DNA of 64,000 nucleotides from Halocafeteria seosinensis (taxonomy: Eukaryota). How positions within the stretch are numbered: the stretch's first letter is position 1; every line of letters starts with the position of its first letter. Location: positions 1 through 64,000 of the forward strand of contig LVLI01000194.1 in the NCBI GenBank assembly GCA_001687465.1. The letters run 5' to 3'. The translations under genes and the position numbers were made by a program. The notes below the pieces were generated by a model, which did not search any database, was not told the origin of the DNA, and was given only the letters and a program-made list of their open reading frames with translations. Positions 1 through 9,300 of the stretch are shown piece after piece.

Positions 1-17
1 AAATAATGCACACTCAC

Positions 18-622
18 CTGTATCGGATCATATGCGCAATCTGTTTCTTCATGGTGAATCCAAAGAGCACCAGGAAATATGCGACGAGTACTGGCCAAAA
101 GACAGGAATATCAAAAACGCTAAAGAGCGTCATGCACATGCACACGAGTATGGCTTTCATGCCCCTCAACCAGAAGCTAAACTCTGGAATCTGTCTTTGA
201 AAGGGGCGGTATTCTTCACTGTTTCTTGTTGGTAGAATGGGCCCTGCTGTTTCCGGATCGGTCTGTATCTACCACATACGCTGATATCAGTGCAAGGAGC
301 ACAAACAAACGACGAGATCTGTCATACCTGGGGACTCAAGAACCCAAGGAAATTGTTCAGTAGGTAGATGCCTAGGCCGTAGGCGACAATAAAGAAGCCT
401 TCCAGGGCATAGATTCGGTAGGCGAATAATGCCAGTAACCCCAACAAACAGAGCCATCGCGGCGTTCGATATATTGTCGTCTGATCTAAAATATGTTGGT
501 ATTTCCTGCAAGCACACACCACAAGAACGTATAATGGCCTACCCCTGGTCAGACGAAACGCTGTCATTATACCTCAATAAAGAAGCTTTAACGCTTTCTT
601 TGAAATCTGCATCCTCCATCAT
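18..622 (-). CDS. RER1: RER1 (retention in ER) protein; 3' end runs off the window start
   Basis: Spliced exons about 622-573, 505-328 and 262-18 give ...[34 protein letters not shown]...EEYRPFQRQIPEFSFW...FDIPVFWPVLVAYF...TMKKQIAHMIRYR, the typical Rer1 signature. Introns are GT-AG. Confidence 0.93.
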
Positions 623-1942
623 TGTTACTCCACTACCACCTCTATCTATTGTCTACACTGTACGCTTATATACAATCAATTATTGGCTTCCCTTTGACTT
701 TGGGTATTTGTATTTGTACTAACGACAATACATACGCCTCATGACATTGTACTTTATTGATTGAGGCCTGCCTTCATACAACTCAGCTGAGCCAGGTGCT
801 GCGAGTAAAGTTTCACTCAGGAAACAGAAGCAATATTTGATGATGGCCTAGATACATAGCGTACGGTACACTCAAGTAGGTCTGATTATTTTATTCATCA
901 ACAGTGAGTGTCTTGTCGAGCAACGTACATTGGACAACTCGATTCCTGAGATCAGGGGTTGACAAAGCGAAAACTTGTTCTGTGCACGAGCACTGCATTG
1001 ACGTGGAACAACGAATTGTACCTTGTATTCAAGAGGTTTTCGCATTCGTTATCGAGATGTAGGTTGTTTCCTGGGAATCCTGGTCACAAACTGTGATTCA
1101 CAAAGCCCAAAGCGGATGGATGTCACTCATACCACTGGTACTGAGTCATACTTAAGACATGGAGCATTTATTCGGCAAAGAAGCCAATCCCACAGTTTTC
1201 GCCCCTAAAAATTGTGAGCTTCGGAATTTCCGCAACTTATCTTGGTCATTCTTGTCCGCGTATCAAACCTATCGACGGTCACCACTCGGCAACTTTGCTT
1301 CATCCCGCATGGAAACGGAACGAACTGAACCCAGCCCAATTTTTCGAAATCGCTCAAAAATGGATTGCCAGCTACCAATAGTCTGAACTATTGCTCTGAC
1401 GTAAACTAAACATGAAACACTCCTTCTACGGAGTCTTCATTTCGAGTTTGGAAAGAGTTTTTGGCACCGGCTTTTCATGTAATCCGAAATTCGTCGCAGG
1501 TCATCTAGTGAAATACCCTCACAAGCCAAATCATCAGGAATAAACTAGATTGTATCATCTGTTGATACCAAGTTGTAACAGGAAGCATGATGACATATGC
1601 GAACTTCTGCCACTATTAAGAAGTTGAGGTTCAGGAGACTTGATCCCGACGTCGGGCCGACGACAAAGTGTTTCTTTCCCGGGAAATCTTTACTTTCAGA
1701 GGACCGCCCCTTTCCTTCTGTCGGCTTCAATGGGGATTTCAGAGCGTTGTCAGCCTAATATTTCGTTCAATACCAGTAGTGATAGTATCCCTCTTGTTTG
1801 TCTGTCTTTTCGTTGTTGTATTACATCTAGTGCGGGTAGTGTATAGCCCCTTTTAGATCATCAATCACCCTTCAAGGTGGTGTCTTTCTTCGTGTACTTA
1901 CTTGTATATGGCCATTGAGAAAGCGATATTTAAGGTCATATA

Positions 1943-3556
1943 ATGTCTATGAGTGTCCGTGGCCCTGGGCGCTTCCAAGCCCAGGGCAATCCTCTTCAGC
2001 AGAGGATGGAGGAGAAGAAAAAGAAGGAGGAAGAGGAGCAAAAACGCAAGCAGAAAGAGGCAGGTATGTATACCGCCTCCCTCTTTGCTTGTATAAAGAC
2101 GGGCACGTCGTTGACCTCATCTGCGTGTTGTCCCACAGCAATGGCGGCTCGTATTGCGGCCTTAGGAATCAAAGATGAAACAGTCACGCCCCGAGAGAAA
2201 GAAGCGCGGCGGAGGGCAAGTGTACGGATAAACCAAGAAGCCATGGGGTATCAGAAACCGCAGATAGATAACACAATGAAACGTATGATGAAAGGTACGA
2301 GAGGCCGTTATGGAAGGATGATTAGTCGCTGTTGGTTTTGTATTCATAGTACAACACTACAGATGGAATTGCCAAACCGGCTGGGGCTGGGAAAGCTCGC
2401 GGCCGTGGAAGAGGCCGAGGGCGTGGCCGTGGAAGGGGTAGATCAGATAATACTACAGCTTCTGGCAATAATGAATCTCCAGGAACTATTGAGGAAGGTA
2501 ACGAAGATACGGAGGGGGAGGAGGATTTTGATGACAGAACTCAGCGAAGCCAAACTGCCGCCGCGGTTCCCCGGGGTCGAGCATCTCCCCAAAGTACAAC
2601 ACTCGGACGTCAGGTAGGTTCCACTGACTACGTGTGTGTACGTTATGTACTGTCATTTGAGTGGGGCTCTTCTGCAGAGGTCCGAAGGATCTACCCCTGC
2701 ATCCAGCAGTACTTCAGCGCAACAGGACGATAAACCGACGGCTCAACAGGCTACCCACGGTGAGTCACATGAAGCCGGTAAATCTGATTCGGCAAAAACA
2801 GAAAATGGGAGCGAAAAAAATGGGGAGCAACAACTACATCCACGGGAAATAGAGAGAAGGGAATATGCAGAAAAGAAGAAGGAGGAGGAACGTCTAAAAA
2901 AGGAGGACGAATTGACGAAAGAAGAGGAAGACAGGATCGAAAGGGAGTCGGAAGAATATTACCAAACGGTGATGGAGCGTGCACGGACCTTATCGAGGGT
3001 CAATATGAGTCTCCACGACCTCGGCTTTGATGAAGAGGTAGACGAAGAGGAAGAGGAAGATGTAGAAACGTATGTTGAGCCCTCAGAAGACCAAAGCAAA
3101 AGCACTGGCAACAGCGGTGAAGGGACGAAGAAAGTGCGAAGGGAATCTTCAATATCTCACGTGTCACTATCGAAAATCAAGAACGAAGTCCTTTCGCGCG
3201 AGAAGAGTTATCGCAAGGAAACTGGTTACAAGCCTCGCAGCTTTAAAAAGGAGAGCTCACGCGTACGCTTTGCTGATGCTGACAGTCCTTCTCGGGAGTC
3301 TTCTGGCAATCGACAGTCTTCAGTATCCCATAAAGACGCCAAGAAAATTCCACAAGATCCTGTTCTCTCTTACAGAGAACTAAGGCAGAGGTGTGGAGAC
3401 GGCAAAATCGAAGGCCTTATAAGAGAGGAACTACACTTGCACTTGACCCCAGAAGAGTTCGAGCGCATTTTTGAAATGAAGCATGAAGACTTCCAGTCGT
3501 TGTCAATTGATCAGCAGATATCACTCAAGAAGAAAGCAAAGCTGGTAGTGGCATGA
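1943..3556 (+). CDS. Low-complexity charged protein with C-terminal villin headpiece domain
   Basis: ORFs 1943-2617 and 2636-3556 are probably joined by introns. The C-terminus LSYRELR...LHLHLTPEEFERIFEMKHEDFQSLSIDQQISLKKKAKL matches the villin headpiece pattern (L.xEEF..VF.M....F..L....Q..LKK...L). Confidence 0.75.
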
Positions 3557-4553
3557 TCACACATTGGCAAACGTCTTGCTTCTTTAGGTTTGGATACGTG
3601 CGCGATTATTTCGCAAACGAGCTCTATGCCACCAGTTGTGCTGTCTGCTCCTGTCTCACGACGATGATAATGTGAACACTGTGAAGTCCGAAGACTTCAA
3701 CTTCAATTGGTAGAGGTTGTTTTCATCATGCTCCAGGAACTTTTACATAGGTACTCTAAGACGTTTGTAAAGTGAATGCGAGTAATGAAAATGGACAAAG
3801 GAGGAACACACAATACCGCTTGCGTTGTTGAATGTTTTGTTGCCAGTAACGCTTGTACCTTCGTTGACCTCGTGTTCTCCAGAGAAACTTGAAAGACGGC
3901 CACTTGAGTGCCAGCTCGTAATAGTGTTGCAAACAACGATGTCAGGCGGAAACAACCCCAAAAAAGATCTCGCTCAAATAGAAAGAGAGCTCAGAAATAG
4001 AAAAGTCTATCAAACTGATGTACCTCCCACCTCGAACGAGAAACTCGCTGCTAAAGGTTCAAGGAGGCGCTCGAGTTCAACCAAATCGGATAAATCCAAG
4101 CATCGAAAAAAAGGAGAATATGAGCAGATAGATTAACAAAAGGCTACGCAACTTCATCCTTTCGGCAGCGGACAGTCAGCAGTATTGGCTTCTCCGCGGG
4201 CAACTTCCTACCCTTGGCGGCGACACGTGAAATCCACCCAGGACAACCCAATAGTGGCTAACAATAAGCGTGCCTATTATCTAAAGGAGTCTTCGATAGA
4301 TGTCTGAAGTGGGACGATAAATACGCAGCGCAAAGGAAGAAGAAATATTCCAGCAGCTGATCTGATATATCCACATCGATCATGGCTTCTAACCAGGTTA
4401 TCCGGATATGGCATCATCCTTGAATACAAAATAACTCACACTCTGCTCCCACAAAGCAAAATGTACCGATTCAACGATTGTAACTCCGACAGCCATGCGT
4501 CGATACTTCCAGCAACCCTGTTTGGGATAGGGATGATTCAATTGGTGGCCATA

Positions 4554-6026
4554 TTACTGCGGATTTACTTCAGTAAGCACTCGAACTGCTGTATAATAGC
4601 TCGGAGTTATTGGCGGATGAGGAATACCGACTCGCCAGGCGTGTTCTGTAGCAATAAGATTCGCGATTTCGAAACGATATCTGCTATCCACGATATTCGC
4701 TATGTTAACATTCTTCCGTAAGTGTGTCACCGATTGCTGCACAACTGAGCTATGAATCAAGCTACTAGCGACCGCGGTGCCCGCCGCACTCAAGTTGACT
4801 TCATCACTACGCCGCTTGGTTCGGTGAGAGAAGTCGACCGTTATCATACGGCCCAGGAGAAAAAGGGAGCTGAGCGATGCGATAGCGCTTTCACATTCAG
4901 GCCATGTTTGGTAACAAACAAATGCGTACCCTTTTGAAGATCCGTTCGGAAACCGTGCAATCTGCAGGGCAGGGATCTCTATAGCACAGTTGCGAAGTAC
5001 GTAAAATACAGGGGGTGATTACAGCGTACCAAGACATCGATGGGTTTCCCGCAGACAGAAAATACTTCTTCTAAAATGCCTTCGTCAACGCATTCAGCTA
5101 AATTGTCTACGAACAGTTCGACGTCGGTATCCTCTCTCTTCGGACAGTGCGCAGCACGTACGACGAGTGCGGTGCCATACAATTGTATACCATTCATCAC
5201 ACGGCATGCATACCGGACACTGCTGCGGTTAGCGAATTCAACAAACGCAAACACATTTCTCTTTTGTTCGCGGTTAGCAGGATTATTCAAATAGGGTGAT
5301 CGCACGGATAGAACCGGTCCAACGAAGGAGAATAGTTCCACGATGATCTTTTGCGTAGTTCGAGGAGGAATGTTGCCAACATATACGGTAGAATATCTGT
5401 CACCTATGTCACTAAGCAGTTCACTGTCTGTATGCATCATATCAGGAATCGGTGGAGATACAACGTAGTATGGCTCATCTTCGCCATTCCCTGATCTAAA
5501 TCTAGTTTCGATTGCGAGGCGATTGCTATATCCACGTATGCCATCCACAACGACTCGTTGTTTAACTTCTTCTGAAGAATCCGCAAAAGCTTCAAGACAC
5601 GGCTGGAAAGTACATGCGGAACCCAATGTTCGTAAGAATTGTTGAGGTAACTGAGACAATTCACCCGGAAGAAAGCCTTACATGAATTGCTGGCAATTCA
5701 ACAGCTATGGAAGCCGGAAGTACACCGCCATTTTCGCGTAGAGTATTTCTCAAGTAAGTGTCCGCGCGCAAGTTCACCGACGAAAGTAAATATTCCAACT
5801 GTAGTGCAAAACCTGTTAAGTTGTGCTAACATGTCTCGGGTACCATCCAAATACTCACTTGTTCAGCGCAGAAGCGCTTTACTCGCTCCATGGAGGTGGA
5901 AGTCGCGGCTGTTTCGTTGTGTACCTCAATCTCGGACGCATTACCGGAAACTTGCGCTCCCCTGGCTTCGGTGAGCACATCTGACGCAGAGGGCACGGTG
6001 TTGTCATGGGCATTGGCCGCCGACAT
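4554..6026 (-). CDS. RNA-binding protein: divergent La motif followed by two SF3B4-like RRMs
   Basis: Predicted exons are 6026-5859, 5798-5682, 5602-5030 and 4961-4554. La-like segment: EQLEYLLSSVNLRADTYLRNTLRENGGVLP...VVVDGIRGYSNRLAIE. RRM1: TVYVGNI...FAFVEF...YACRVMNGIQLYGTALVV. RRM2: LFVDNL...SKGYAFVCY. Confidence 0.7.
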
Positions 6027-6331
6027 CTGGACGGTCCTGACTGGACCTAAATGTGTTCTGTGAAGATGGTGACAAAATGTGTCATGCTGCAGTTTGCTCA
6101 AAGGGATCGTTTATGCATACGATGCTGCACAACCCCCGAAACATGATATGTCTTTGAAAACGATCAACGCTTTCAGCTAATCCTTCACTCGGCAATGGGA
6201 AGTTGCCATTCACTTCACAGTCAGATTCCGCTGAGATTCAGCCTGAGAACCTCAGTTGACATCGGAAGTAGACGGGTGTATTTATTAGTCAGTTCAAAAA
6301 TTGAATACACTATCTAACTATTGTGTGCGCA

Positions 6332-9300
6332 TTAGCTCATCAATGAAGGAGTAGTTGTGTCTCCTGCCAACAATGCTTGCAGTTGCGCGCGATACGCACA
6401 AATTTGAAATGCAACGTCTTCTTCTGCCGCCCACTCTTTAACTGCTTTCCACCTCTGCTTCAAATGTCGAACTCGTGTATCTACGGCAGCATTTGGTTGC
6501 AACATTATTCTACTGTAATCCGTGAAGGAGCACCTGGCAATCCCTATATTAGTGTCAGTAGCTGAGTACCAGACATCTAACATGGAGACCACATTATCTT
6601 GCTTCATCGCGAAACGGAGTGACTCCAGCTTGTCTGCCGTGCCACTGATTTCTATTGACGCTACGTACAACGACTCGTCAATAAGAAATAACGTCGCAGA
6701 GGAGAAGGAATCATCGGTCTGATTGCAGACTACATGGAGTACAATGCCCACGAAGTCTACTAGTCGCGGACCTTCTTCCACGTACTGAGACCATAGCCTG
6801 TCGCTGGTGTCTGCTGCAACAGTTTGTCCATGAATGATGTGCGCAATGTTTGTGGCAAATCTAGGGACGTATTCCAAACTAACTCCTGGTCGACCGTAGC
6901 GAGCAATGTTGTTGCTTTTCGCAGTGATGGAACATCGTGGAAGAGAGCTGACAGATAGAAGCAATTTATGTGCGGCCCCAGACGAGTTGTGAACGAAGTA
7001 CTGTTTGGTGCCCTCTCGAGAAGATTCCGAATAATTTTCGCGAACGTGACCCTCTATGAACTGCAATCGAGACCCTTCTTTCAATGAATCCAGCTCTTCT
7101 TCTGTAACACCCCAAATAGTTACGGTGCAATGACGGCGCGAATTTTGACACCTAAAGGGAGCTCCATTTTTCAGTCCTTGAGTCCCTTTAGGCACCTGTA
7201 CGGGGTCAGCGAAAATAAATGGGTTGTAGCAATGTTCTGCAAGTGGATTGAGGGCCGTTTGGCTATTTTCATCAGCAGCTAGCGTGTTGCTATCCCATCG
7301 TTTGTGTTCAATACGATCAAGCGCTTCTAGCGAAGCTGAATTCCAAATTATACCTTCACCTTGTTCTGCCTCCTCCAAGACTAAGCTGTTCGTTGTAGTA
7401 CCAGTTCGATTTCCTCTAGATGGAGATGTGGCATCTGAACACTCCATTGTGCCTTCGATACTTTCCTTTGTACAAGCTGATTCTCGCTTATGCTCACTGC
7501 CGCCTTCCACGTAGTGCTCGGCCTTCTTCAAGCTAGCTTCGCTTACTGGAACAGCTTTGCTGGTGCCCGATGTAAAGTTCGAGCAGGAGGACGAAGGGAG
7601 AGGATTAACATGCATAGAGTGTTCCTCCTCAGATGGTGCGTCCCTAACCTGGCTTACACTAGACTCAGGTAGCTCTGTCACAAAACGCTTGGCTTTGTCC
7701 AAACTCACTTCGCTCACTGTTACTCGCTTACCCAAACCAGAGGTAAACCCTAAAACGGAGACTTCAGCTTTCGTTGTCGGAGCACTACTACTACTAAGGG
7801 TAGAAGGAGGGCCAATGCTTACTCCAACATCGTTCCCCGAGTTCCCTTGTCTACCATCATCTGGATCTTGCTGCATAGCTTTTGGAGACGAGGTAAATGT
7901 GTCCAAGCTCACAGAATTGCTCGCTTCAGAACAATGGGACGTGTTTTCAGCTACGTCACTTAAGAACCTTTGAGCTTTCTTTAGGCTCTCCTCCCCCACA
8001 GTGACGCGTGTTCCCAATCCGGAAACAAACCCTAACGGTTGTCCTGCCGCTGCACCTGCGGATTGGAGTACTTGCGACTTCGCCGGCATCTGCTCCAGCA
8101 TCCCGCTCTGCTCCACCGATGTGACACCAACCTCTACAGATGGTATTCCTATTCGTACTGTCCCAGTAGCGGTGCCTGGCCGACTTTGAGAAATGGTTGA
8201 TTCTCCCTCGACAATCTTGTGGAGTTCACCCGCAGCAAAGGCATTCGAAGAAACCGCAGTGCCAGGGGAATCGTCTCGAAGTTGTTCACTGGTCTCTAGG
8301 TCTTGCACTGGTGCAGAAGAAACCTGTTGAACAAAGGCTCTTGCCGTTTCCAGGGTTGAAGCGTTCACGTTCAGATGTTTGCCGGAGCCGGAAGTAAACC
8401 CGGGGAATGGCGGCGTGGGCTCCTGCGAACCGTCGTACACGTCATTACAGGAAGGTATGGAGGCTTCCCTTACAGTATCACTCAAGAAACAGCTGGCCTT
8501 TTGCAAACTTCGTCGACTGACAGTTACTGGTCTACCGGTACCCGAAGTGAAGGATGGGAATGAAGATTCTACCGGAAACTGTGCAGACGCAGATTCCCAC
8601 TGTTCACAAGTTGCATCTACACATCCGTTCAAAGTGGAATCGCACGATTCTGTCACGAAACGTCTCGCCTTGTCCAAACTGGCCTGGCTCACTGTCACTG
8701 GCTTACCCGAGCCAGAAGTGAAACCCAATGATGAGTGGCCAGCTCCTAATGACACATCAGCGTTGGCAGTGGAAGACGGTACGGTTGCCCACACATCACC
8801 ACCGCCAGAACATTTGGCTGGCTTATCTTTCTCCGTTTGATGCTGTAACGCATTTACTTGAGACGTCTCGGAGATGCTATTCTGCGTGACCTCATGCTCG
8901 TGAGACGACGGTTCCGCTACATCGCTCAGGAACCTTCTAGCTCTTTTTAAACTCTGTTCGCTGACAGTTACGGTCTTTCCTAATCCGGACGTGAATCCTA
9001 ACAGTTGCTGTCCCGATAGCGAAGTTGAAGGCTGGGATACTTGTGTATCCGCAGAAGCATCGGATGGCTTTTCCGCATCGTTCGTCATAACTTTCATTGC
9101 TTCTTCAGGAAAGGAAACACTGAGATTTCCATCAAGAGAGGAGGCACTGGAGGGTATTTCGCAACAATTGCTCCCTGTTGCATTGGATTGGAGAGATTCA
9201 GATTCTGAAACCATATCATCAAGAAACGTTTTAGCTTTTTCCAGACTCTCCTTTTTCACTTCTACACGCTTGCCCGACCCGGAAGTAAACCTTGGCAACC

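Noticed and set aside
700..1900. Long intergenic region with fragmentary ORFs
   Set aside because: No consistent reading frame, motif or repeat structure found by eye.
3825..4306. Short basic ORF (MSGGNNPKKD...) with the frame staying open after its stop
   Set aside because: No recognisable family. It may be a small gene or pseudogene, but I cannot support a call.
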